A DNA stretch of 63,596 nt, filler included, from Octopus bimaculoides (Eukaryota): NCBI RefSeq assembly GCF_001194135.2. It is 8 parts of 8 records of this genome, joined end to end, with 100 filler letters (N's around TTAATTAATTAA, not from the genome) between each part and the next. Parts side by side here need not be neighbours in the genome. Positions count along the whole stretch, not along the records: positions 1 to 6,026 come from NC_069004.1; positions 6,127 to 25,386 come from NC_068996.1; 6 more parts are not named here. The stretch is one strand, 5' to 3'. A program made the translations under genes and the position numbers. Below, one piece after another: positions 1 to 11,944 of the stretch. The stretch's first letter is position 1; the number at the start of each line of letters is the position of its first letter. The notes beneath the pieces are model-generated. The model worked only from the letters and a program-made list of their open reading frames with translations, had not been told where the DNA came from and searched no databases.

Positions 1-42
<42 letters not shown>

Positions 43-44
<2 letters not shown>

Positions 45-797
45 AATAATCAGAAAATGGAGAAAATTTGATCAACAAACAAACAAATTGAACTACAGCG
101 GTTGATTATTTTTTAATACAAAACATGATATAACATTTCTTACGGCTGTTTCCACTTCCAATGTTAGTCGGAGCTTACAAAAGAAATTCTGAAAAGAATA
201 TTTGTCATCTTCCTATCACATTTGATGTACTACATGGAGCTTCATCAGAGTGAATAGAAATGCCTATAATAAAATGAACGAAGGGAAGAGGGAAGAAGAA
301 AGAACAGGGCCTTGAGAAGAGGCCAGAAGGCTCAATATATTAAAATAACATCATTTTTCAGCATGGAGCTTGAAGTCGATAAGCAAAAGAGTGAACGAGC
401 AGTGGTCTAGACCACTACTAGTTCACTCTTTTGGTCTAGTCCACTGCTAGGTCACTCTTTTCCCTATCAACTTCAAGCTCCACGCTGCAAGATGGTATGA
501 TTTTAATATATTGAGTCTTATGGCAAAGCCCTGTTCTTTCCTTTTCCCTCTTCCCTTCATTCATTTTATTACACACATTTGTATTCACTCTGATAAAGCT
601 CCATGTACTAGATCAAATGTACTATGAATATGATGACTATTATTTTCAGAATTTCTTTCATAAGCACCAACTAACACTGAAAGCAGAAATGGCTGTAAGA
701 AATTTTATGTCATGTTTTGTATTAAAAAATAATCAACCGATGTGGTTCAATCTGTTTGTTTGTTGATCAAAAGTTTTCTCCATTTTCTGATTATTTA
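43..797. mobile_element. ~755-bp foldback (long inverted repeat) made of two divergent Penelope pLTR-like arms
   Basis: 43-~414 is the imperfect reverse complement of ~432-797 (AAATAATCAGAAAATGGAGAAAA...TTTTCTCCATTTTCTGATTATTT). The arms carry hammerhead-like motifs. Confidence 0.85.
134..262 (-). ncRNA. Type I hammerhead ribozyme-like motif with a long loop 2
   Basis: Minus strand: CT-CTGATGA-AGCTCCA...(~70 nt)...TGGAAGTG-GAAA-CAGCCG-TA-AGAAATG. Both core halves are intact; stems I and II are imperfect. Confidence 0.55.
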
Positions 798-990
798 AAT
801 TTGATCCTTGACAAACTTTTGTTTCTTCTGTTCTTACCCTATGAGCATAGTGTGCCTGCACACCAATGCACAAAGATAGCACAGATAACTGATACCAATA
901 GTAAATACAGATAATATTATCCCTTAGACAGTTACAACTGCTAACTCTGCTTACCTTTCATATATATATATATATATATATATATGTAAA

Positions 991-1342
991 TATACTTTAT
1001 TGAAAAGCAGCAGAAATATCACAAAAACTGTTACTCAGAATTTCACATTCCTGTTCGTCGGACAATTAATGACAATATGAGGCTTTGAAAAGGCAGTTGC
1101 TCCCGCAAACCAAAATGGAATTTGGGATTTGCAAAGGGTCAAAATTGGCAACAAAAACAGGTCAGTGGAGACATGCAACAAACCAAACGAAAACAAACAT
1201 GGACGATGAATGAGAAAGTGAAACTCTGAGCAACAGATTTTGTGATATTTCTGCTGCTTTTCAATGAAGCATATTACTCTACCTCTAGAATTTGAGTACT
1301 ATTTTTTTTCACCTTGTTTCGCATTTATGTGCTTACTCCGGT
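991..1342. mobile_element. Penelope pLTR-like repeat with an inverted partial copy
   Basis: 991-1067 is the reverse complement of ~1196-1273 (TTGAAAAGCAGCAGAAATATCACAAAA / TTTTGTGATATTTCTGCTGCTTTTCAAT). Flanked by (TA)n. Confidence 0.7.
1026..1067 (-). ncRNA. Minimal type I hammerhead-like motif (U4C core variant)
   Basis: Minus strand AATTGT-CCGACGA-ACA-GGAA-TGT-GAA-ATTCTGAGT-A-ACAGTT: 6-bp stem I, 3-bp stem II with a GNRA loop, short stem III, GUA site. Confidence 0.6.
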
Positions 1343-1365
1343 GTATATATATATATATCACTGAA

Positions 1366-1600
1366 CCACGGTAGTAGCTGAATATATTCTTAAGTCCACC
1401 ATTTCGTCAATCGCAGCAGCTTCCAAGCTTCCCCACTAATTCAGTTATCAACTGAATTGCAAAGTGTTAACAGTTTTAAAGAGAACACCTCCTCAGCTAC
1501 ACTTTGGCATATATAGTTTGAGATTTGGTTCAGTAGAAAAAAGTTACATCAAAATATCTGCGACCTCAAGGGGGATAGTAAGGCACCTATTCACCTTCAA
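1366..1600 (-). pseudogene. Highly decayed RTE-like RT thumb fragment
   Basis: Minus translation with stops, LTIPLEVADIL...GSLEAAAIDEMVDLRIYSATT, resembles the RTE LTISLKKTEV...LGS...IDDEVxxRIAKAS region. Confidence 0.35.
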
Positions 1601-1832
1601 TTAACATAAACTTTTTAATTTCAAAATAAAAGTATACTTTTCTTAGGCTTAAATGATAGAAAAATGAATGAGGAGTTCAGAGTCATTAGTCGCATTGAAC
1701 AAAAATTAGTAGAAGAAAAGTTATGGGATGAAATGCCACGAAATTTCGGGTCAGTAAGTAAGAGAATAAGGAAGTAACGCTTAGCAGTAAGAATAAATAA
1801 AGAATATATTGCTAAAATGATGTTTATGTCCT

Positions 1833-1951
1833 AAGACGGTGAGCTGGCAGGAACGCTAGCATGCCGGGCGAAATGCTTAGCAGTATTTTGCCTGTGTTTA
1901 CATTTTGAGTTCAAATTCAACTGAGGTCGACTTTGGTTTTTATCCATTTCG
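1833..1951 (+). mobile_element. SINE family A (tRNA-derived), 5' part
   Basis: GGTGAGCTGGCAG...GAAATGCTTAGCAGTATTT...GAGTTCAAATTC B-box. Repeated more than 12 times in the window. Confidence 0.8.
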
Positions 1952-3071
1952 AATCTATTCAATTTGATGTACAAATTATTGAATTAATTTTTTTTTAACT
2001 AAACACTTTGAAACTTCCGATACTGGTACAATGTGTCACATACAAACAGGGTTTACTCTTAACATTTTTGACAAAATTTTGTATTTTAGAAGTTACTTCA
2101 TCACAAGTTACAGAGTGACAATGGACAAATTTGTGTTTGATAAGCGCCAATACACGAAACTCTCAGCTTTTGACTTACTCTCTAACTTCTGCCGATGATA
2201 TATATGCATATTATGCATATATGTGTAAAAAAATCTCATCATGCAATCAAACCAATGAAAGAGCCTCTATCTGGTCACTCAACACGCTAAAAATAGCAGC
2301 CAATGTATCCCCCTACCCAGTATTTTATAAGGTAAANNNNNNNNNNNNNNNNNNNNNNNNNNNNNNNNNNNNNNNNNNNNNNNNNNNNNNNNNNNNNNNN
2401 NNNNNNNNNNNNNNNNNNNNNNNNNNNNNNNNNNNNNNNNNNNNNNNNNNNNNNNNNNNNNNNNNNNNNNNNNNNNNNNNNNNNNNNNNNNNNNNNNNNN
2501 NNNNNNNNNNNNNNNNNNNNNNNNNNNNNNNNNNNNNNNNNNNNNNNNNNNNNNNNNNNNNNNNNNNNNNNNNNNNNNNNNNNNNNNNNNNNNNNNNNNN
2601 NNNNNNNNNNNNNNNNNNNNNNNNNNNNNNNNNNNNNNNNNNNNNNNNNNNNNNNNNNNNNNNNNNNNNNNNNNNNNNNNNNNNNNNNNNNNNNNNNNNN
2701 NNNNNNNNNNNNNNNNNNNNNNNNNNNNNNNNNNNNNNNNNNNNNNNNNNNNNNNNNNNNNNNNNNNNNNNNNNNNNNNNNNNNNNNNNNNNNNNNNNNN
2801 NNNNNNNNNNNNNNNNNNNNNNNNNNNNNNNNNNNNNNNNNNNNNNNNNNNNNNNNNNNNNNNNNNNNNNNNNNNNNNNNNNNNNNNNNNNNNNNNNNNN
2901 NNNNNNNNNNNNNNNNNNNNNNNNNNNNNNNNNNNNNNNNNNNNNNNNNNNNNNNNNNNNNNNNNNNNNNNNNNNNNNNNNNNNNNNNNNNNNNNNNNNN
3001 NNNNNNNNNNNNNNNNNNNNNNNNNNNNNNNNNNNNNNNNNNNNNNNNNNNNNNNNNNNNNNNNNNNNNNT

Positions 3072-3118
<47 letters not shown>

Positions 3119-3124
3119 TACATA

Positions 3125-3503
3125 TTCTTTTAATTGTTTCAGTCATTTGACAGTGGCCATGCTGGAGCACCGCCTTTAGTCAAACAAATCAACTCCAGAA
3201 CTTATTCTTTGTAAGCCTAGTACTTATTCTATCAGTCTCTTGACTGAACCGCTAAGTTACGGGGACGTAAACACACCAGCATCGGTTGTCAAGCGATGGG
3301 GGGGGGAGACAGACACACAAACATACACACACACATATATATATACGATGGGCTTCTTTCAGTTTCCATCTACCAAATTCACTCACAAGGCTTTGGTCGG
3401 CCCGAGGCTATAGTAGAAGACATTTGCCAAGGTGCCACACGGTGGGACTGAACCTAGAACCATGTGGTTGGTAAGCAAGCTACTTACCACACAGCCACGC
3501 CTG

Positions 3504-3505
<2 letters not shown>
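3125..3505 (-). mobile_element. SINE family B, near full length, with internal (CA/TA) microsatellite
   Basis: Matches the copies at 57858-58281 and 40030-40490. The tRNA-like head GGCTGTGTGGTAAG...GGTTCAGTCCC is on the minus strand. Confidence 0.85.
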
Positions 3506-3551
<46 letters not shown>

Positions 3552-4016
3552 CACATACATATGTATACACACACATACTGATATATATATATAAATACAT
3601 ATATACACACATACATATATATACTTGTATACATACATACATACATATACTTACATACACATACATACAGGTTTACTATTAATACTGATACAGATGTACA
3701 TAGATTTATGTGTTTCTTGTGGTAGTTTAATTTCAAAGTTAATGTTTAATCTTGCCTATGTTTAGATTGAATACTCTTGTTCATGGGGTAAATTTGTTTG
3801 AAAGTTGTGGGTTTCTTTTTCTTTTCTTTTTTTTTGTATGTTTGTTCCCAAACAACACTACTTTTAGTGCTGTTGACACCGCTGGACTGAATGGCACTGC
3901 CTAGGTGTCAAAACCATATTGATAACCATGAGGCAACTGATGATGGAGGTATGTTGGATTGTCGGTATGGCTGTTTTTATATATGTGGAATAGTGTTATA
4001 ACACATCCTTTTGAAA

Positions 4017-6026
4017 CATATATATATATATGGAAGTTGTCTACTCCTTATGCAGAGTTTGACCACCTCCTGTACCTACACCTTAGCACCATCATGGCAT
4101 CTGGTGTGGCTTTTTAAACCAGACAATGTTCTGGAAAGACACCCACATAGATTGCACCTCTGATTTGGACCACCAAGAGCTGCAGGAAAGTTCTGCTCTT
4201 TGTGGATCTCAAAATGTTTTTTGAAGCCTCCGCTGGATTTGCAAACATTCTGGCATACACTGCATTCAAAGGTGTGCACAGACTTATAGGCAGAATAAGT
4301 TAGTGGAGGTTTGCTTTCCATGCATTTGCAGATGAGATTTGAGGCCAGCAAAAGACAGGCATTGTCTGTCACAAACTGTGCACACAAAAAGGTCATTGTC
4401 ATTCACCTTCTCGATTGTTACATTCTTCCTTAGATCTCTTTTGAGTCTTACTTGTGTTATCTTGGCCTCTTCAAATGCTTTCCCTCCACTCCACACCTTT
4501 GTTCGCCATCCAACTCAAAGGTTTCTATATCTTCTGGAACCATTCCCAGTGACTTCATAGTAGTCCTTATGCCGTCCTTGAACCTTTTTTTAGGTTTATG
4601 CCAATAGCGTTTCCCCCCTGCAAGCTCACCATAAAACAGCTGCTTTGGCATGCATTCATCTGCCATTTGAACAATATGGCCACACCATCTCAGTTGGTTC
4701 CTCAAAATCAAAGCTTTAATTGAGGTGATGCCAGCAGATGCAAGGAGTGTTTGGAATAAAAGAACTCCATTTAATTTTTGAAATGCGATGGAGGCATTTT
4801 TGGTGGAATTGTTCTAACAATTTAAAATGCCTTTCATAACAAGTCCAAGTTTCACAGGAATACAACAGGGATGGTAAGACAAATGATTTGTAAAGAGCCA
4901 GCTTTGTATTCTTATTTATATGTCACTGGCACCAAATGCGTGACTCCAAGCCACCAAGTGCTTTTGCTGCCCTTTGAATTCGCAGCTGTATTTCTGTATC
5001 AAGATTTCCATCATTCTGAACAGAGCTTCCAAGGTAGACAAACGAATCGACAACCTCAAGTAACTTTCCCTTAACAAAAATTTTAGTGGGGTTACAAACA
5101 GCACCACACACAAGTTGATGCATTACAATTGTTTTTTTCAAGTTGATGGTCAAGCCAAAATCATCACACACCAAGTCAAATGCAGATACAAGAGATTGCA
5201 GACCTGTTTCAGAATGACTGACAAGATCGCAATCGTCAGCATACAAAAGTTTCCTAATGAGTGAAGTAAAAACCTTCGTTTTGAATTTCAGTCTGGTCAG
5301 ATTAAAAACATTCCCTGTTGTTCGATATTTTATGTAAATACCCACCTCAGAGTTTTGAAAAGCATGTGACAACACAACAGCAAAATATATTGCAAAGAGG
5401 GTGGGTGCATGAAGATCTCCTTGCTTTACTTCATTTTCCACAGCAAAAGATTCAGAGAACCTACCACCAAAATTAACTCTAGCTTTCACATCTTGATGCA
5501 AAGCCCTGATCATGTTTACAAATTTTTCTGGGCAACCTATTTTCCTTAGAATTAGCTACAGAGCATTTTGATTAACAGTATTGAATGTTTTGCTCAAATC
5601 AACAAAGCAATGGTATAGAGCAAGATTCTGTTTAATGCACTTTTCTTGTAATTGTGTGACAGTAAAGATACAATCAGCTGTGCCCCTAGAGGAATGAAAA
5701 CCACACTGAGACTCAGACACTATATTTGGAACTATAAAGGTATTTAAACATTCTAACAAAATGCGGGCAAGTACCTTTCCAACCACAGACAAAAGCAAAA
5801 TCCCACGAAAATTACCACACAGATCCTTTGACCCTGATTTATACAAGGAGACTAAAATGGCATCAATCCAGTCTTGAGGCACTTTCTCAGTTCTCCAACA
5901 GTGACAAATTAATATATTTAAGAGTTCAAACATTTTGTCACCTCCATATTTCAAGACTTCTGCACAGATTCCATCAGACCCTGGAGACTTATTGTTATTC
6001 AGTTTATTCACAGCTAAATAAATGTC
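4017..6026 (-). mobile_element. RTE-clade LINE, frameshifted, 5' end lost at the scaffold edge
   Basis: Consecutive ORF pieces: KSPGSDGI..NFRGILLLSVVGKVLARI..QCGF..FVDLSKTFNTV (5556-6011); VKQGDLHAPTLF..LLYADD..FVYLGS (4923-5513); QLRWCGHIVQM..PKQLFYGEL..PKKRFKD (4457-4711); C2H2 fingers; short 3' UTR with a (TA)n tail. Confidence 0.95.
4076..4496 (-). pseudogene. C-terminus of the RTE ORF with three C2H2 zinc fingers (one frameshift)
   Basis: FVCTVCDRQCLSFAGLKSHLQMH (4320-4388), FECSVCQNVCKSSGGFKKHFEIH (4202-4270), QRCNLCGCLSRTLSGLKSHTRCH (4094-4162). Confidence 0.85.
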
Positions 6027-6126
6027 NNNNNNNNNNNNNNNNNNNNNNNNNNNNNNNNNNNNNNNNNNNNTTAATTAATTAANNNNNNNNNNNNNNNNNN
6101 NNNNNNNNNNNNNNNNNNNNNNNNNN
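6027..6126. other. Artificial scaffold-joining spacer N44-TTAATTAATTAA-N44
   Basis: Identical 100-bp spacer with stops in all six frames, repeated at 25387, 32482, 36093, 41739, 53951 and 61729. Confidence 0.97.
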
Positions 6127-6618
6127 ATATATATATATATTAGTGTATATACATATCTGTATATGTGTGTATTACACATACACACGCACACACACGCATA
6201 CAGGCACTCACACAAAAACGCACGCATACATGTATATATGTACAGAAATACACTTACATACATACGTGTACTTACGGGGTTGTGTAGGTTGTGTGTGTGC
6301 GATTGTGTATTAGTATCTGCGTGTGTTTGTCTGTGACTCTTAAGTCTGCCTTCGAAAATCTGCCCACAAAAATTTTCGTTTAGGTTCAATTGCTTCTTAT
6401 TATAGCAAGGAACGTATGTTTCATCATGGCAAGGAGTTTTCTACCTTTGAAATATTTTCTTAACCTTTTTTCCATATTATATCGTCACCAGGCCATAAGG
6501 GTACATCCTCATTTATCAACAGATATGTTGATTTTAGCATATTGCGATTATTTAGACCAAAATATATTTTTAAAAAGAATATTAAGCTCATAATAACTAT
6601 TTGCATCTCTCTCCTTCT

Positions 6619-6651
<33 letters not shown>

Positions 6652-6670
6652 ACTTTATATNNNNNNNNNN

Positions 6671-6689
<19 letters not shown>

Positions 6690-6704
<15 letters not shown>

Positions 6705-6959
6705 ACATATGTATATTCACATACATGTATGCATTTATGTGTGTGTGTGTGTATGTACATATACAAATGTATTTGTATGTGTGCATATATATATATGTGT
6801 GTGTGCACGTGTGTACGTATGTGTGTATACATACATACGTACATACATACATACGTACATACATACATACATTCATGCATACATACACACACATATACAT
6901 ACATACATACATACACACATACATACATACATACATACATACATACATACATACATACA

Positions 6960-6991
<32 letters not shown>

Positions 6992-6992
6992 C
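6690..6992. repeat. Compound (TA)/(TG)/(CATA)n microsatellite
   Basis: Direct reading; long (CATA)n at ~6830-6990. Confidence 0.95.
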
Positions 6993-7313
6993 ATCTGAGT
7001 TATCTGTCCAACAGGCCAAACGTAGTTTGAAATGTATCAAAATGTATAGAAATACCATACAAAACATTAAAACAGAATTCTATTATGAAGCTACTCCTGC
7101 AAACAGCCCAGCTTGTGGTGTTGTCATCTTCAAATGAATAACGATGTGGTCGATCTAAATTTGTTTAAATTAACTTGCGATGTTAAGAAGATCGCGCAAT
7201 TTGGAGAAAAACGTCGAATGCCCATATTTTCAGTTGTAATTAGCACATCAGAGTCCACCAACAAATATTGTCAATCTTGAAATATGTAGCCTATGTTGTT
7301 GCCCGATAAAACT

Positions 7314-7468
7314 GTGTGGCTGTGAGATAAGTAGCTTGCTTACCAGCGACATGGTTCTGGGTTCAGTCCTACTGGTTGGCACCTTGGGCAAGTGTCTTCT
7401 ATTATTGCCTCGCGCCGATTAGAGTCTTGTGAGTGGATTTAGTAGACAGAAACTGAAAGAAGTCCGTC

Positions 7469-7471
<3 letters not shown>
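7314..7471 (+). mobile_element. SINE family B, 5' half ending in (TA)n
   Basis: GTGGCTGTG..AGTAGCTTGCTTACC..GGTTCAGTCC..GGCACCTTGGGCAAGTGTCTTCT..GAAACTGAAAGAAGTCCGTCGTATATA. Confidence 0.85.
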
Positions 7472-7518
<47 letters not shown>

Positions 7519-8885
7519 GCTTACGTGCGGACAGAAGAGCTTCCTGTGGTTAGTGCCGCCACAAATATAATACTTGACCGACCTTATTTTTAACACATAT
7601 CGCAATGGATCCATACTCATTAAAAAAATTAGGCTTCTTCGGTTATTAGTGGCCGTTTTAAGTTGAATGCAAAAACGCAAATGTCTAAAAGTAGTCTCAA
7701 TTTTTCTCTTCCACTATAGAATAAATATTCATAAATGTCCCAGAAGAATTCTCCGAAGAAGTTATTTGCTAATCAGCTACGATTGCTAAAATTTTCTTTA
7801 GAAATTAACTATTTGCTGATCGTAATGTTCTTTGCAACACACTCAGCAAGCAACGAAATGCAACATCAGAAAACTAGGTACCTTGTCAACTAGGTACATT
7901 TTAGAACTTCTCATCAACGCTTCGAGTATGACGTTATTGCATGCTATTTTGGATGACGACATCCTAATTAGTTTACTGCATTTGTTATTCTTGTTTAGTT
8001 TTAGCTTAATCCTAATCAAGCAGCCATGTGTTCAAGTATGTTTCATCCTTGACCGTACACTTTATTTCGTCTAAATTATCTTTCTCCTTTCTTGTTGATG
8101 TTGATGTTGCTGTTAACCACAGTTTGACCTTGGTCAGACAGCCATATAATCAAAGTTATTACAAAGATCCTCATCACATTTTTTGTTCATACACTATATC
8201 TAGAATTGAAATATCTGTTAAGTTGGTATGATTTAAATTGGGAGAGATTTGGCTGAAATTACTAACAAGTCTTAATAAAGTTGAGCAGCGAGACTAGTGC
8301 GACTGTAAGTCTATTCCGCTAACTGTGCAGTAAACTGTGCAGTAAACGCGTATCAGATTTGTTTCCGTCGTATTTTGCAGTGCGTCAATGAGCCAACAAC
8401 GTGTTAATATAAACATATCCCCATATCCAAATGCTGATTTCTACTTAAGATATATAAGAGCAACAATATAGAACATCGAATAACATGACAAAATATAAGA
8501 TTCTTTTTAAGTTAAGTGTTCAACTATTGAAAATATCCACAAACCTGAAAAACTGCATGTGATTCCATCGATTTTCTTGGTTGGGTCACCTCTAAAATGC
8601 TACGACAGGTTCTGTTATCATCAGACGAATTATCTTTTTATACATTCAACATTAATATTGCAACATACAATACTAACACATGTGAGACTATCGAATTTAC
8701 AAAACGACTCTAGAGAATCAGCATGCTGCTAACGTAAGAGACGTGCTGCAGCGCAGAGTAAGTGGTTCGCATATCAGCAATCATTGATCTTGTTATAAAT
8801 ACCATATCAAGAGGACACCTGTGGATTTTGAAGTAAGAATGAAAAAGAATACATCCACGCGCGCACGTGCAAACATACGCGCGCG

Positions 8886-8920
<35 letters not shown>

Positions 8921-10228
8921 GCACAAATATTGCTCATATAAAAGTAGCTTCGATATCATTTGCACTTGAAATGCGGTCTCGCATACAAGTGTGCAATGAG
9001 TTCAGTTTTACTTCTCTGTCGCCACACTTGAATCGTCAGACATCTAATATCAGACATTGATCAACTTGTATCATCTGCACTCTTCTGCATTGGTTTATAT
9101 CCCAGTTGCTGAGTGTTAACAGATATTTGTTGATTTCATTGCCAATGATAACATAAAGTCTTTTTCCTTTTTTCCAGATAAAATAGGTCTTCATTTCTGT
9201 TTTAAATAGTTACATATATGTCCAGAACAAGTTATACCGTTACAACCTTCCTTGATTGATGTGGGTATTAAATATATAAATACAGATTTTTAAATTTACT
9301 CCTTGTTGCTTTTCATTAGGGTTGTATAATGTATATGTATTCATGTACTTACTTGTGTGTTTGTCCGATAGATGTGTAAAAACCCGTGCAAAGGAAATAC
9401 GTTATTCTGTTCACCACACCTTGCACAACCAAACAATTTCCTATATTAAGTCTTGCACAAGGCGTTAAAATAAACAGTTGCGACTGAGAGCTTAAACAAC
9501 GAGTGGAATAATGCCAAGCAAATGCCATTTAACCGACGGTGGCCTATGATTATGGCATTTAGCATGATACCGAAAAAAAAAAAGCATGAACAAAAAAGAA
9601 TTTGGAAATGTTTACGACATATTCTCAGAGTATACCGGTGCGATATCGTTTAGATTTTTTCCCCTCCTATTTCTTTTGCTCTTAAGTTTTTTATTATAAT
9701 TTCGTCTGTCTCTTTCCATCTTTTTTAAACTTTTTTCACCATTTCTACTTTTTCTTTCCGTTCTCTTTCTTTTCTCATCCTTCTTCTCATCTTCTTTCCC
9801 TTTTAATGCTCTTTCATGATTTTTTTCTCCACAATTCTATTTCTTTAGTTTACCTAGCTCTAGCTAACAACTAATCTACCTATCTAAATATATATCTTTT
9901 TGTATATCTTACTACAAGCGATTTATTACAAGTGTTTAGTCAATTCCTGCTTATTTCTGTATATCTAACAGTTCAACCAGTTATATGTATATTTAATTAT
10001 TTATTATCTATTCATCTACAAATCCAGCTAATTTTCTGTAGATTAGTACCTAAATTTGATGAATTTCAAGCGATCTATGAATCTGTCTGTTTTTTCTAAT
10101 CAATTTGCTCTTTCTCTCTCTTCCTCTTTCTTTCTTTTCTCTCTCTTCTTCTTTCTTTCTTTTCTCTCTCTTTCTCTCGCTCTCCCTCATTCCTTCTCTT
10201 CTCTCACCTTCTCTCTCTCCCTCCCCCT

Positions 10229-10283
<55 letters not shown>

Positions 10284-10568
10284 ATATTATGATTTTCTTA
10301 TTTTTCTTGCTTCAAGTTCTTTTCATATTTGCAAAGAGAGACTGCGTCCCATACCCACACATGCAGACAAGAGAAACTTACAGATAGCAACCAAATCTCT
10401 CTCATTTGAAGTTCTACCATTTTAAATGAAAAGAAGTATATTGGTTGATGATATGCTAAGATATACAAAACTTAACTTGTTGATCATAACTCTCATTCTT
10501 CAAATCGTAGTTACATTTAGCCAGAGCTACAGTGAGACTAACCACAAACAGCTACCAGATATCTTTTC

Positions 10569-10677
10569 ATATATATATATATATACATACAAATATGTTT
10601 ATATGTATATATATATATATACATACAAATATGTTTATATGTATATATATATATATACATACAAATATGTTTATATG
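10569..10677. repeat. 36-bp tandem minisatellite (3 copies, runs into a gap)
   Basis: ACATACAAATATGTTTATATG at 10585, 10621 and 10657. Confidence 0.9.
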
Positions 10678-11651
10678 NNNNNNNNNNNNNNNNNNNNNNN
10701 NNNNNNNNNNNNNNNNNNNNNNNNNNNNNNNNNNNNNNNNNNNNNNNNNNNNNNNNNNNNNNNNNNNNNNNNNNNNNNNNNNNNNNNNNNNNNNNNNNNN
10801 NNNNNNNNNNNNNNNNNNNNNNNNNNNNNNNNNNNNNNNNNNNNNNNNNNNNNNNNNNNNNNNNNNNNNNNNNNNNNNNNNNNNNNNNNNNNNNNNNNNN
10901 NNNNNNNNNNNNNNNNNNNNNNNNNNNNNNNNNNNNNNNNNNNNNNNNNNNNNNNNNNNNNNNNNNNNNNNNNNNNNNNNNNNNNNNNNNNNNNNNNNNN
11001 NNNNNNNNNNNNNNNNNNNNNNNNNNNNNNNNNNNNNNNNNNNNNNNNNNNNNNNNNNNNNNNNNNNNNNNNNNNNNNNNNNNNNNNNNNNNNNNNNNNN
11101 NNNNNNNNNNNNNNNNNNNNNNNNNNNNNNNNNNNNNNNNNNNNNNNNNNNNNNNNNNNNNNNNNNNNNNNNNNNNNNNNNNNNNNNNNNNNNNNNNNNN
11201 NNNNNNNNNNNNNNNNNNNNNNNNNNNNNNNNNNNNNNNNNNNNNNNNNNNNNNNNNNNNNNNNNNNNNNNNNNNNNNNNNNNNNNNNNNNNNNNNNNNN
11301 NNNNNNNNNNNNNNNNNNNNNNNNNNNNNNNNNNNNNNNNNNNNNNNNNNNNNNNNNNNNNNNNNNNNNNNNNNNNNNNNNNNNNNNNNNNNNNNNNNNN
11401 NNNNNNNNNNNNNNNNNNNNNNNNNNNNNNNNNNNNNNNNNNNNNNNNNNNNNNNNNNNNNNNNNNNNNNNNNNNNNNNNNNNNNNNNNNNNNNNNNNNN
11501 NNNNNNNNNNNNNNNNNNNNNNNNNNNNNNNNNNNNNNNNNNNNNNNNNNNNNNNNNNNNNNNNNNNNNNNNNNNNNNNNNNNNNNNNNNNNNNNNNNNN
11601 NNNNNNNNNNNNNNNNNNNNNNNNNNNNNNNNNNNNNNNNNNNNNNNNNNN

Positions 11652-11870
11652 ACACCACACCACCACACCACACCACCACATCACATCACACACTACCACA
11701 CACTACCTTAACACAAGATACCATACATCCCCAAACCATAGAACCACAGCACACCACATCACACCACTCCGCACACACTAGCACTGACCACTTCCCAGCA
11801 CCCACATCATCATCCATACACCCACACGTCAAGGTCACCAACCCCTATCCACACGCATACATACGCTCTC
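11652..11870. repeat. Degenerate (CACCA)n low-complexity tract
   Basis: Direct reading next to the gap. Confidence 0.75.
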
Positions 11871-11944
11871 ACATACACACGCATGCGCACCTTCGTTTTG
11901 GGATCACCACAACTTTGTTATCTCTTCTTCCTAGCTTTCCTGTG

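Noticed and set aside
2131-3170. Long ORFs in the track spanning N runs (also 10426-11947, 49588-50300, 51031-51633 and others)
   Set aside because: They are open only because N codons contain no stops; they are gap artefacts.
3925-3990. CTGATGA as a hammerhead or snoRNA box (similar hits at 8619 minus, 23527, 48155, 57165)
   Set aside because: No stem II followed by GAAA, and no proper C/D box pairing.
6542-7137. YIHT/MYVC-repeat ORFs (also 19791-20030, 56573-56911, 58553-59125)
   Set aside because: Translations of (CATA)n, (TA)n and (TG)n microsatellites.
8320-8345. Short perfect tandem duplications (13 bp here; 17 bp at 15511-15545)
   Set aside because: Ordinary slippage-type duplications with no associated element.
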